Below are positions 30,207 to 41,997 of a stretch of DNA of 64,000 nt, piece after piece. The first letter of the stretch is position 1. Each line of letters opens with the position of its first letter. A program made the translations under genes and the position numbers. The notes under the pieces are model-generated. The model was not told where the DNA came from. It ran no database searches and saw nothing but the letters and a program-made list of their open reading frames with translations. Source of the DNA: an uncultured Campylobacter sp. (lineage in GTDB: Bacteria; Campylobacterota; Campylobacteria; Campylobacterales; Campylobacteraceae); NCBI GenBank assembly GCA_963528285.1, contig CAURVK010000002.1, positions 2,326 to 66,325 of the forward strand. The letters run 5' to 3'.

Positions 30207-30893
30207 GTGAAAAACGACGATTTTCCGCTTTACTCGCTCACCCCCTTTACGACCCTTGACTACCCCGATAAAACGGCCTGCATAGCGTGGTTTGCGGGCT
30301 GCAATATGCGCTGCGCCTACTGCTACAACGTCCCTATCGTCACGGGCACGGGACAGATCAGCTGCGCCGAGTTTATCAAATTTTTAGACAAGCGCAAAGG
30401 CAAGCTTAGCGGTGTGGTTTTTAGCGGCGGCGAATGCACGCTTAGCCCAGCGTTTTTACCGCTAGCTAGCGAGGTAAAGTCTCGCGGATTTTCGCTCAAA
30501 GTTGATACTAACGGCTCAAATTTGAGCGTGCTTGGGCAGGCTATCTCGATAAATTTGATCGACTATATCGCGCTTGATTTTAAAGCGCCGAAAGAGAAAT
30601 TTCTCAAGGTTGCGGGCTCAAATTTGTATAAAAATTTCTTGCAAACGCTTGAGTTTTTGCTGCAAACCGACCTTAAATTTGAAGTTAGAACGACGGTACA
30701 CGTGGACTTGCTGGATGAGGGCGATATCTCGGCGATGAGCGAGATATTGTACGATCACGGATATAGAGGCGTTTATTACCTGCAAAATTTCCTAGACACG
30801 GGCGAAAATTTTGGAAATTTAGCGCAAGCAAAGGCTAAATTTGATCCAAATTTGATCCGTTCAAATTTAGAAATAGGGCTTAGGAATTTTTAG
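30207..30893 (+). CDS. nrdG: Anaerobic ribonucleotide reductase activase (radical SAM)
   Basis: TTLDYP, GCNMRCAYC, FSGGE, VDTNG, EVRTT. Confidence 0.9.
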   Translation: MKNDDFPLYSLTPFTTLDYPDKTACIAWFAGCNMRCAYCYNVPIVTGTGQISCAEFIKFLDKRKGKLSGVVFSGGECTLSPAFLPLASEVKSRGFSLKVDTNGSNLSVLGQAISINLIDYIALDFKAPKEKFLKVAGSNLYKNFLQTLEFLLQTDLKFEVRTTVHVDLLDEGDISAMSEILYDHGYRGVYYLQNFLDTGENFGNLAQAKAKFDPNLIRSNLEIGLRNF

Positions 30894-30931
30894 TACTTTT
30901 AGTCAAATTTGACTTGCAAAACGGTAAGTTT

Positions 30932-31455
30932 TTATTTCCAGTTGTGATATTTGATAATTTTAATAAATGTCACGATCTTCTTTAGCTCAGGCACGTCGCT
31001 TAGAGCCTGTACTTTTATGTTATATTCGCCTTTTTCAAGCTCTGCGCGGAGCAAAACTTTATCGTGCGCAAAGCCTCCATTTGGCGCGCTGTACCATGAA
31101 GTCGCGCCGTATTTTGACAGATCAAACGTTTCGGTTAGGGCGCTTAAATTTTGTTTTAGATCGTTTATTTCGCCGCTTTTTGCGTAGCTTATTTCACGGT
31201 TTTGCATGGATTTTAGCGCTACTTTTAGCAAGATTTTTTCGCCCGTACAGGCCGCTTTTCCTCTTGACTCGTGCCAATTGGCTCAGGGACGCCTTGCGTC
31301 GTATAACCATAATATCCAGCCAGCTTAGCAGCTGTAAACTTCTGGCAAAACCGCTTCGTAAACGCGTCGTCACCAAAAAAATCAAATCCATAATAAAAAG
31401 CCACATAAAAAACACCGCTAAAGAGCAGCAAAAATAGGCAAAATTTGATCTTCAA
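30932..31455 (-). pseudogene. Fragmented exported-protein gene (two overlapping pieces)
   Basis: Signal-like N-terminal ORF 31225-31455 overlaps a second frame 30932-31231 that looks like a beta-rich C-terminus. Confidence 0.5.
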
Positions 31456-31465
31456 ATTTGAGGTT

Positions 31466-31900
31466 TTATCTGTTTGGCGCGTAAGTTTTTACCTCATATA
31501 GCAAGAAATCATACACGCGCTGCTGCACGAGGCCTTCGTATTCGTCGGCGTCGATGAGTCTGCGTAGGTGCTCAAAGTCGATCTTTAGCGCATAGTTTTT
31601 GTTTGCTCTGATAGCCTGATCGATCGCTAAGAGCAAGCTATCAAGCGTCATCGGGTCTTTGCGTTTGATACGGGAAACATACTCTCTGGTGGTTTCGATA
31701 AGTACGCGTTTACGGTTCTCGTCGCCGCCGTAAATTTCGCTCGAGATATCGTATAAATTTGCAAAATCGTCCTCTTCGGGATTGAGTTTTGCCGAGATGA
31801 TAGCCGCAAATATCTTCGCGCGAAACTCCAGCGAGCGGTGGTGATAGACCAAAAACTCCCTAAACAACGACAAAAATTTACTTTTTATATCAAACCCCAT
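31466..31900 (-). CDS. Conserved hypothetical protein (TerB-like helical fold possible)
   Basis: 144-aa ORF with host-like codon usage; YHHRSLEFRAK motif. Confidence 0.75.
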   Translation of the reverse strand: MGFDIKSKFLSLFREFLVYHHRSLEFRAKIFAAIISAKLNPEEDDFANLYDISSEIYGGDENRKRVLIETTREYVSRIKRKDPMTLDSLLLAIDQAIRANKNYALKIDFEHLRRLIDADEYEGLVQQRVYDFLLYEVKTYAPNR

Positions 31901-31949
31901 GCTGCCGCCTAAAATATATTTAAGTAAAATTTGAGTAAAATCGCTCTTG

Positions 31950-32052
31950 CCCTTTCTTAGACCTGTGCAATGTCTCTTCTAGGCACCGCTTCAGGGTGGG
32001 AACACAGCAGAGCACTTAGGCTAGGCGTGTGCCGCAGTCATCTGAGAGAGGG
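31950..32052 (+). ncRNA. ffs: Signal recognition particle 4.5S RNA
   Basis: Domain IV motif TCAGG-GTG-GGAA-CAC-AGCAG; ends CCCTTTCTTAGA/TCTGAGAGAGGG pair and are followed by a T run; TAAAAT -10 at 31936-31941. Confidence 0.9.
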
Positions 32053-33287
32053 TTTTTTAAACCTGCAAAAGCGAAAAAATGCTCCTTAAAATCATCGCAG
32101 ATTTTTGAAAAATTCACTCCGTCCAAGCTCTGATTTTTCTGAAAAAATTTATCCATATTATTAAAGCCTTCGGTTAGTTCGTTTGACTTCACACCGTAGC
32201 TGATCGATATCCCGGCCTCGAAAAATGCAGCGAGCTTGTCGCAAAATTTAAGCGCTTTGCCGTCGATGGCGTTAAATTTATCCTCGTTTACGTTCTCCAT
32301 CGTGCCCTCGTGATGTAGAGGCTTTTTCTCGCAGATCCTGTTTTCAAACTCGTTTTTGATAAATTTGCCGCTTTCCATACGGATACCGAGGATATAGCTA
32401 AACTCGTCTCTAAAATTTTCAGGTACGAAAGGCAAAATTTTCTCGTCTATCAGGCGCATTTCGTATTCGCTGATTATCTCGTTTAGTCCTTCGATACCGT
32501 ATTTTACGGGGCTAATGATATCGCGCGTTAGCGACTCTGGCAGATCGTGAAAGAGCGCGCAAAAGAAGTTATTTTCTAGCCTCGTTTTGCAGGCCTTAAC
32601 CTCAAGCGAGTAAAAATAACTCAAAATCGCCACGACTAACATATGGCCTAAAACCGCCGTTTCAGGGATGCGAGGCGTCTGCGCCCAGCGCTTTTGAAAG
32701 CGCAGTCTGCCGGCTAGATCGACTAGCTTGGCCAGCTTTTGATTCATCACGATTTTGCGCACGCCTATTAGCTCGTAATAATCCTCCAGCTCCTCCTCCA
32801 CGCGCGCTTTTAGCTCGTCTATGTCGCTTAGAAATTTACTCGTTTGATAAACGATCGAAAACTCCCAGCGCGTCGCGAGATAACTAGCGGCCTTTAGGAT
32901 CAGGCGCTCTTTGGCGTGAGCCTTGTCCTTGTGCGTGAGGTAGCGGCGCATCCGCTCTAAGAATTTACCACCCTCGACGTCTTTTACGAGCCCTTCTAGG
33001 ATCGTTAGCACCCAAGCGTTTATCTGCTCGTTTTTGGTTTTTTGCATCTGATGAAACACATCGGGGCGTATATCCGTGACCACGACTCGCGCGAGAAACT
33101 CGAAAATGCCTGCCTCAATAATGTAGTTCATATCGGCGCTGTGCTCGAGCTTTGCTATAAAATACGCGATGATAAATTTATGCGCCTGCTTATCAAGCTC
33201 GACTAAATTCGTCATCTTCGGATAGTCGTTCCAGCGCGAGATGGACGCGGCTTTAAAGATGTGCTCGATGAGCTGCGCGCTTATCAT
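32016..33287 (-). CDS. Tandem HD-domain hydrolase (YfbR-like)
   Basis: LRFQKRWAQ, ETAVLGH, ALFHDLPE, DIISPVK, CDKL. Confidence 0.85.
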   Translation of the reverse strand: MISAQLIEHIFKAASISRWNDYPKMTNLVELDKQAHKFIIAYFIAKLEHSADMNYIIEAGIFEFLARVVVTDIRPDVFHQMQKTKNEQINAWVLTILEGLVKDVEGGKFLERMRRYLTHKDKAHAKERLILKAASYLATRWEFSIVYQTSKFLSDIDELKARVEEELEDYYELIGVRKIVMNQKLAKLVDLAGRLRFQKRWAQTPRIPETAVLGHMLVVAILSYFYSLEVKACKTRLENNFFCALFHDLPESLTRDIISPVKYGIEGLNEIISEYEMRLIDEKILPFVPENFRDEFSYILGIRMESGKFIKNEFENRICEKKPLHHEGTMENVNEDKFNAIDGKALKFCDKLAAFFEAGISISYGVKSNELTEGFNNMDKFFQKNQSLDGVNFSKICDDFKEHFFAFAGLKNPLSDDCGTRLA

Positions 33288-33994
33288 TTATCTTCCGATG
33301 ATTTTTTTACGACGCGGGCGCGTTTTTCGCCGGCGAATTCAGGCTTTTTAAAGCCCTCTTTGCTGCCAGTTCTTCGCGGTTTATCGTCAAATTTATCTTT
33401 ACTACTCGCGCGAGGTTTTCTATCGCCGCTTTTTGTATCTCTTCTATCGGCTCCGAAACTCTTACCGCGAGAGCCGTCTTTGCTAAATTTAGACTCGCGT
33501 CCGCCGTAACCGCCTCTATCAAAACTACGCTCGCTATCTCGCGAAAATTTCTCAAATTTTGGTGCTTCAAAGCTTTGTTCTTGCGTTTTTTTGATTATCT
33601 CGTCAGAGCAAATTTCGATCACCGTATGGACGTTGCCGCGCGGGTTAAAGTCTCCCGTGATTTTCATCCATTTTGGGGCTAGCTTTCGCTCTAAAACGTC
33701 GTAAATTTCGTTTATGCTATCTTCGTGGCTGATGTTGCGCGTCATGAAACTGTTGATGTAGAGTTTGATCGCTTTTAGCTCGACGACGAATTTAGCCGGC
33801 ACGTACTCAAGATATATCGTCGCAAAATCAGGATACCCCGAGCGCGGACATAAACAGCAAAACTCCGGTAGCGTTATTTTTATCTTGTAGTCGCGTTCAT
33901 ATTTGTTTTCCCAGATTTCCAGGTCTTTTTCTACGTCAAATTCGCTTATTATTTTCTCGCCGTATTTTGGCTCTACGACCTCGTTTTCTTGCAT
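33284..33994 (-). CDS. queF: preQ0 reductase QueF with long basic C-terminal tail
   Basis: PEFCCLCPRSGYPDF, VELKAIKLY, SHE, FNPRGN. Confidence 0.93.
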   Translation of the reverse strand: MQENEVVEPKYGEKIISEFDVEKDLEIWENKYERDYKIKITLPEFCCLCPRSGYPDFATIYLEYVPAKFVVELKAIKLYINSFMTRNISHEDSINEIYDVLERKLAPKWMKITGDFNPRGNVHTVIEICSDEIIKKTQEQSFEAPKFEKFSRDSERSFDRGGYGGRESKFSKDGSRGKSFGADRRDTKSGDRKPRASSKDKFDDKPRRTGSKEGFKKPEFAGEKRARVVKKSSEDK

Positions 33995-34003
33995 TTTTTT
34001 CCT

Positions 34004-35395
34004 TTAAATTTCTTTTGGCTTTTCTATGAAAAAGCCCTGCGCGAAGTCGGTTTGATAGCGCTCCGCGATATTGTAAAACTCGTCGTCCTCCACAAATCTC
34101 ACGATGGATTTTACGCCTACTCTTTTTGCGGTCAAATTTAGATTTTCTAACAGCGTTTTAAATTTGTCATTTTTGATATTTTTGTTAAATTCGATATCGT
34201 AGATAACGAAATCTATCGGCAAATATTTAAAATACTCAAAGCTCGCGTTGTTGCCGCCGAATTTATTAAGCGCAAAGCGGAAACCTAGATTTTTATACTC
34301 CGTTAAAATCTCTCTAAATCTATTTATCTCATCATATACTAGCTTCTCACTAAACTCGAAAATAACGCGATTTGGATCGATTTTGCCTAGCTGTACGAAC
34401 TCTTTTATAAAATTCGTAAATTTCAAATTTCTAATCGAAACCGACGAAATTTCGATCACGATCGGATCTTCGTCTTTAAATTTAAGCTCAGATAGCTTTT
34501 TGATGACGTTTATGTCAAAAAGAACCTCATAACCGTTTTTGTTCGCGATATTTTGTACTTTTGCCTTTGAGACGAGACCTTGCTTATCGGTGTAAACTTT
34601 TACGATGATATTTTTCAAATTTTGTCCGAAACGAAGGCTTTTAACAAGCTGAGTTTGGAAGATAAATCTTTGCATATCGATGCAGTTACAGACGTCTTTT
34701 TCAAGATCGTCGGTGATGTCCACTTTATCCTCGTTATCGCTCTCGTTTAGCTTTTGGATAAGATAAGAAACCGAGTTTTTGAGGCTTGCCGAGTGATTTA
34801 TATCGATAGCGTCAAATTTGATCTTTAGCTCGATATTGTAGATTCCGTCGCTTAAAATGCTTTTTTCAAAAACGTTTAAAAGATGGATTAGCTCTGTACT
34901 TTTACTCTCGCAAAAGATCAGAAAATACTCGTTTGAATATCTACCGATGAGAGTGTTTTTAGACACTTTTTCGTTTAAAAATTTCTCCAGTCTCTCGACT
35001 AGTCGTTTGAGCAAAATATCGGTGCTAACAAAACTATAACGCTCGTTTATATCGTTTAAATTTTCGATCTTTAACATTAGCATATTGCCACCGCTTTTGC
35101 CTTTAAATTTAGAAGCTTGCTTTGATAAAAGTCTTAAAATTTCGTCTCTATTATAGGCTTTTGTTACTTGATCGAGTACGCTCGTTTGAAAGCTCTGGTA
35201 AATTTTATAAGCCGTGAAATATACTTGACACAAAACCAAAATTGCAATCAGAATAATATCATCAGCGTCAAATTTTATATCGTCTTTTTTAACAAAAATA
35301 TAGACCAAAATGACAACGCTAAAAATAAATATCGAGGATACCTCGAGCGCGGTTTTAAACCTATTTGATCGTTCTTTTAGTTCTGATTTTAGCAT
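34004..35395 (-). CDS. Membrane-bound degenerate GGDEF-EAL protein
   Basis: Two TM; DQVTKAYNR, LNDINERY, GRYSNEYF in place of GGDEF; FALNKFGG and AQGFFIEKP EAL remnants. Confidence 0.8.
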   Translation of the reverse strand: MLKSELKERSNRFKTALEVSSIFIFSVVILVYIFVKKDDIKFDADDIILIAILVLCQVYFTAYKIYQSFQTSVLDQVTKAYNRDEILRLLSKQASKFKGKSGGNMLMLKIENLNDINERYSFVSTDILLKRLVERLEKFLNEKVSKNTLIGRYSNEYFLIFCESKSTELIHLLNVFEKSILSDGIYNIELKIKFDAIDINHSASLKNSVSYLIQKLNESDNEDKVDITDDLEKDVCNCIDMQRFIFQTQLVKSLRFGQNLKNIIVKVYTDKQGLVSKAKVQNIANKNGYEVLFDINVIKKLSELKFKDEDPIVIEISSVSIRNLKFTNFIKEFVQLGKIDPNRVIFEFSEKLVYDEINRFREILTEYKNLGFRFALNKFGGNNASFEYFKYLPIDFVIYDIEFNKNIKNDKFKTLLENLNLTAKRVGVKSIVRFVEDDEFYNIAERYQTDFAQGFFIEKPKEI

Positions 35396-37708
<2,313 letters not shown>

Positions 37709-37722
37709 TTACCTTTGTTATT

Positions 37723-38790
37723 TTATAAATTTATCGGCATGATTACCGTTTTTAGCTCGTTTGAGCTCACCGTAAAGGCTAAATTTGAGTCGTTAAACCC
37801 AAATTCGAAATGTTCCTCTTCGATGTTTTGTAGGAAATCAAGCAAGTATCTATTTTTCACGCCGACGTAGATTTCTTCTTCAAGTCCGGTTGCAAATTCT
37901 ATCGTCGTTTTAGCTTCCGAGTTATCTTCGACGATGCTTTCAAAGCTTATGGTTTGAGGAGCAAATACTATTTTCGTGCTCTCAGAGATGATTGAGACGG
38001 TTTTGATGCCTTCTATCATCTTATCTCTGCTTAGTCTTAGTCTTCGTTTGATTTCTTGCGGGATTACTCTGTTGTAGTCAGGAAATCTGCCGTTTATAAG
38101 CTTTGTAAAAAACTCGAAATTTGCGCTTTGTGCGATTAGAGTCGTATCGTCATAATAAATTTCAATCTTGTCAAAAAATAGCTTTTGTATCTCGCTAATA
38201 GCTTTTTTTGGGATTATTAGGGAAAATTCGCTCTGAGTCGGCGTTTCAAATCTAAATACGCTAAGCCTTTTCGTATCGGTGCCGACTATGTTTATGTAGT
38301 TTTGCTTAATGTCAATAAGAGCGCCGTTTAGCTCAAATTTAGGGTTATTATTATCTATGCTTGTAAAAATTTTCTTTAAACTTCGTCCAAGCATTACGGC
38401 GTCGACTTCAAATTTATTTTTATTTTCTACTGTCGGGAAATTTGGAAAATCCTCAAATTTGTACATCGGAAGCTTATATTTTGAGTTTTTTTGTTTTATA
38501 TAGAGGTAGTTATTTACTGTCTCTAGTGTGATTTCTTCGTCTTTTAGGCTTCTTATGATGTCAAGTAATTTCTTACCGTTTGCAGTAGCATTTCCCTCGT
38601 CCATGATTTTGATATTTGAGAGCTTATATGCTAGACCGATCTCGTGGTCTGTTGCTTTGATATTTAGGATACCATCTTTAGCTCCGATAAATATATGCGA
38701 AGTTATAGCGCTTAGATCTTTTTTCTCTAGGTAAGAATTGCTATTTGTTACGATGCTTTCTAAAGCGTTTTTATTAATCGCGACTTTCAT
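37723..38790 (-). CDS. dnaN: DNA polymerase III beta clamp
   Basis: ATDHEI, GTDTKRL, GRFPDY, VIMP; located between dnaA and gyrB. Confidence 0.97.
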   Translation of the reverse strand: MKVAINKNALESIVTNSNSYLEKKDLSAITSHIFIGAKDGILNIKATDHEIGLAYKLSNIKIMDEGNATANGKKLLDIIRSLKDEEITLETVNNYLYIKQKNSKYKLPMYKFEDFPNFPTVENKNKFEVDAVMLGRSLKKIFTSIDNNNPKFELNGALIDIKQNYINIVGTDTKRLSVFRFETPTQSEFSLIIPKKAISEIQKLFFDKIEIYYDDTTLIAQSANFEFFTKLINGRFPDYNRVIPQEIKRRLRLSRDKMIEGIKTVSIISESTKIVFAPQTISFESIVEDNSEAKTTIEFATGLEEEIYVGVKNRYLLDFLQNIEEEHFEFGFNDSNLAFTVSSNELKTVIMPINL

Positions 38791-38928
38791 TTTTTTCCTT
38801 TTGTTTTTAAATTTCTTTTAGTAGCATTAGTAGGGTGCGTGAAAAGTTTAAAACTGCTTTTATTTGCTTTAAATAGGGCATTTGTGGCGTTAAAAAAACT
38901 GCTTATTTTTTCACTTTTATTCACGTTT
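38791..38928. other. oriC2 (unwinding subregion of bipartite origin)
   Basis: AT-rich tract, TAG-TAG-CAT-TAG-TAG trios 38819-38833, GC clamp, GTGAAAA box 38839-38845, TTTTCAC and TTATTCAC boxes near 38907-38924. Confidence 0.85.
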
Positions 38929-40239
38929 TTACTCTTTGGTTAAAATTTTATTCTTTAGTTCTTCGACGCGGACTTTAAAATATTCGTTCGTTTCTATTAG
39001 CTCGTTTATCTTTTTTATGCTGTGACTTACGGCCGAGTGATCTTTCATGTTGAAAAACTGCGCGATCTGGGGCATCGAGTTTGGCGTCAAATTTTTAGCC
39101 AGATATATCACGATGCGCCTAGCTTCGACGATATTTTTTGAGCGTGATTTGCTTTTCATCTCGCTTGGTTTGACGTTTAGCTCTTTGCTTACGATTTCAA
39201 CAATATTTTCTAGATTTATATTTTCGCGCTTTTCTTTTATCTGATCGCGCAGGATATTTTTGGCAAATTCTAGCGTGATTTCTTGTCTCATGAGCCTTGC
39301 GTAAGCGTTTAAATTTATTATCGCGCTTTCGATTTCTCGGATGTTGTCGCCCATGTTTGTAGCGATGTAGTTTATGACGTCTTTATCGAGGTAAATTTTA
39401 TCAAACTCGCATTTTTTCTTGATGATTGCGATTTTAGTATCGAGCTCCGGCGGCGTGATATCGGCGATGATACCCCACTCAAAACGCGTTCTTAGCCTAT
39501 CTTCAAAGCCTTTTAGCAGCTTTGGTTGGCGGTCTGATGTCATTACGATCTGACCGTTTTTAGCGTGAAGTTCGTTAAACGTGTGGAAAAATTCTTCTTG
39601 AATTTTATCCGTTTTACCTAAAAACTGCACATCGTCGATGAGTAAAACGTCGCAGTTTCGGTACTTTTCGCGAAATCGCTCCATAGAGTGGTTGTTGAGG
39701 TTATACGTAAAATCCGTGATAAACTGCTCGCTCGTGACGCAAATAACCATTTTTCCGCCGTTTAGACAAAAATTTCCGACCGATTGTAAAAGATGAGTCT
39801 TGCCAAGTCCCGTCGGGCCGTAGATAAAAAGGGGATTGTAAATTTTACCCGGCTGTTCAGATACGGCTTTTGCGCTTAAAAAAGCAAATTGATTCGAGTC
39901 GCCGACGACGAAATTTTCAAACGTGTAGCTTGGATTTAGCAGGCTGCTTTGTGCTTTTATCTCTTTTACGTCCACTTTTTTAGCCGGTTTGCTTTGCGTT
40001 TTGGTCGCGGCTAGGACGTTGATCACGGGCTTTTGTCCGGTTTTTACTTCAAAAAGATGAGCGATTTTGGAGGCGTATTTGGTCTGGATAAATTTGGCGA
40101 TAATCTCATTTGGCGCGTTAAATACGACGTTCGTCGAATTTGAGCTTTTTTCATTAAATTTAAGCTGCTTGATGTAGCATTCAAATTCCGACGGTAAAAT
40201 TTCTTTGGAAAGTAGCTCCAAAACCTCGTTTGCGACCAA
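38929..40239 (-). CDS. dnaA: Chromosomal replication initiator
   Basis: YTFENFVVG, GPTGLGKTHL, LLIDDVQ, RLRTRF, KDHSAV. Confidence 0.98.
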   Translation of the reverse strand: MVANEVLELLSKEILPSEFECYIKQLKFNEKSSNSTNVVFNAPNEIIAKFIQTKYASKIAHLFEVKTGQKPVINVLAATKTQSKPAKKVDVKEIKAQSSLLNPSYTFENFVVGDSNQFAFLSAKAVSEQPGKIYNPLFIYGPTGLGKTHLLQSVGNFCLNGGKMVICVTSEQFITDFTYNLNNHSMERFREKYRNCDVLLIDDVQFLGKTDKIQEEFFHTFNELHAKNGQIVMTSDRQPKLLKGFEDRLRTRFEWGIIADITPPELDTKIAIIKKKCEFDKIYLDKDVINYIATNMGDNIREIESAIINLNAYARLMRQEITLEFAKNILRDQIKEKRENINLENIVEIVSKELNVKPSEMKSKSRSKNIVEARRIVIYLAKNLTPNSMPQIAQFFNMKDHSAVSHSIKKINELIETNEYFKVRVEELKNKILTKE

Positions 40240-40352
40240 ATTTTTGCCTTTAAGATTAATTCGCTAGATTTTATCTTAAATTTGTTAAAATGGCGTTGAA
40301 ATTCGTTTTTCACGCCGTGAAAAACGCGTGAAAAACCGTTGAAAAGGACGAG
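40240..40352. other. oriC1 / dnaA-ruvC divergent promoter with DnaA boxes
   Basis: TTTTCAC 40307-40313; GTGAAAA 40317-40323 and 40328-40334. Confidence 0.75.
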
Positions 40353-40826
40353 ATGAAAATTTTAGGAATCGATCCGGGATCGCGAAATTGCGGCTATGCG
40401 ATCGTCGAAAAGATGCCCGTGAAAACTGTTTTGATCGAGGCGGGACTAATCAAAATAAAACCGAATTCTTTGCAGTATCAAATCACCGAACTTTGCGAGG
40501 GACTTGACCTGATTTTTAAAAATCACAAATTTGACGAAGTGGCGATCGAGGACATATTTTTCGCGTATAATCCAAAAACGGTTTTGAAGCTCGCGCAGTT
40601 TCGGGGGGCACTTAGTCTTAAAATTTTGCAGTTGCACGGCGATTTTGCCGAGTATACGCCACTTCAGGTTAAAAAAACGGTAACGGGCAAAGCTAAGGCC
40701 GACAAAGAGCAGGTGGCCTTTATGGTTAAAAAAATTCTCGGTATAACAAAGGAGATCAAACCGCTTGATATCACCGACGCCATCGCCATCGCGCTAACGC
40801 ATGCGAATAATTTGCGCTTAAAATAA
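40353..40826 (+). CDS. ruvC: Holliday junction resolvase
   Basis: [25 protein letters not shown]. Confidence 0.96.
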   Translation: MKILGIDPGSRNCGYAIVEKMPVKTVLIEAGLIKIKPNSLQYQITELCEGLDLIFKNHKFDEVAIEDIFFAYNPKTVLKLAQFRGALSLKILQLHGDFAEYTPLQVKKTVTGKAKADKEQVAFMVKKILGITKEIKPLDITDAIAIALTHANNLRLK

Positions 40827-40885
40827 GCTCAAATTTTGCCTTTTTTTAGCGCAAAATTTGATTGCTTGAAAAATTATCTCCGCGC

Positions 40886-41902
40886 TCAATCAACTACCGT
40901 AATCCCCGCATCTGCGCAGGTTTTTCGCGCCTTTTTAGATATGCCGATGCCGGTCGTCTCGATTTTTTTAAGATTAATAAATGGCGCAAGCTCGGCGGCG
41001 TCAATGTTTTTGATGTCGAAAAGATCGTCCTCGCCGTCCCAATCAGGTGCGATTTGCAGGTAAATTTCGTTCCCGCCGTCAAGATAGAGTTCGCTCACCT
41101 GCTCCGCCAAATCCGCAGGAACCGGATAGTCCTTAAACCACTTTTTGGCTTGCGGTAGCGCGCCAAAGTCCGCATACGGGTCGATGCCGCGCTCCTCGCA
41201 GTACTCAAACACGTCAAATTTGGGCTCCAGCAGGGCTTTTTCATACATCAGCTCGTTCATCACGGCGATTTTGAAATTGAAATTTTTAAACGCTAGCGTC
41301 TCGCCGGCTGCGCGCGGAAGCTTAAATTTATCGCTCGGCTTTCGCTTTACCTTTTTCTCTTTTTGATTGATGCATACGCGCCCTATCGGCATTTTCGCAG
41401 CTCGCACGATATCTGCGATCTCGTCGGTGTCCCGCTTAGCGAAGCGCTCGGCGAAGTCCATCGCGCCTATGCGCTCCTGCACGGCCTGCGCGAGAGCTAG
41501 CGAAACTTCAAATTTGCCCAGGCTAAGCTCCAAAAATATATATGCGCCGCGCAGCTCCTGCTCTGGCACGGCCTCAAGCGGCGGCCTGCCCTCAAGCATG
41601 AATGCGCCGCCGTAGAGCTTGTGCGGAACCTCGTGCTGCACGCCCTTTGCGACCTCAAGCATCAAAATCATCTCGGTAAGCTTAGGCTCTGCGAGCTCGC
41701 CTGCGCGCACGAAGGCGAAAATCCCCGCCTCATCCCAAAAATAGCGGCTTTTGCCCTCTCCGTCATCAATCACGCGCGGCTGGCCCAAGGCTTCGTTAAG
41801 TTTAGCTATATCAAACTCGCAGTTTACGCCGCCGATGAAAACGCCGTCCGGGCGCACGTCGACGTCAAATTTATCCTTTTTAAAAATGCCAAACAGTCCC
41901 AT
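40886..41902 (-). CDS. Two-domain hypothetical protein (DUF6892-like C-terminus; putative immunity protein)
   Basis: FKNFNFKIAVMNELMY...LYLDGGNEIYLQIAPDWDGED; AGGAG RBS. Confidence 0.65.
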   Translation of the reverse strand: MGLFGIFKKDKFDVDVRPDGVFIGGVNCEFDIAKLNEALGQPRVIDDGEGKSRYFWDEAGIFAFVRAGELAEPKLTEMILMLEVAKGVQHEVPHKLYGGAFMLEGRPPLEAVPEQELRGAYIFLELSLGKFEVSLALAQAVQERIGAMDFAERFAKRDTDEIADIVRAAKMPIGRVCINQKEKKVKRKPSDKFKLPRAAGETLAFKNFNFKIAVMNELMYEKALLEPKFDVFEYCEERGIDPYADFGALPQAKKWFKDYPVPADLAEQVSELYLDGGNEIYLQIAPDWDGEDDLFDIKNIDAAELAPFINLKKIETTGIGISKKARKTCADAGITVVD

Positions 41903-41997
41903 TTTATCGCTCCTGATTTTGCCTTAAATTTTCCAAAAACACGTAAAATTTACGCGCGACATTTGCTTGTAGCTTGTAGGTATCGCAAAGCGCTCTA

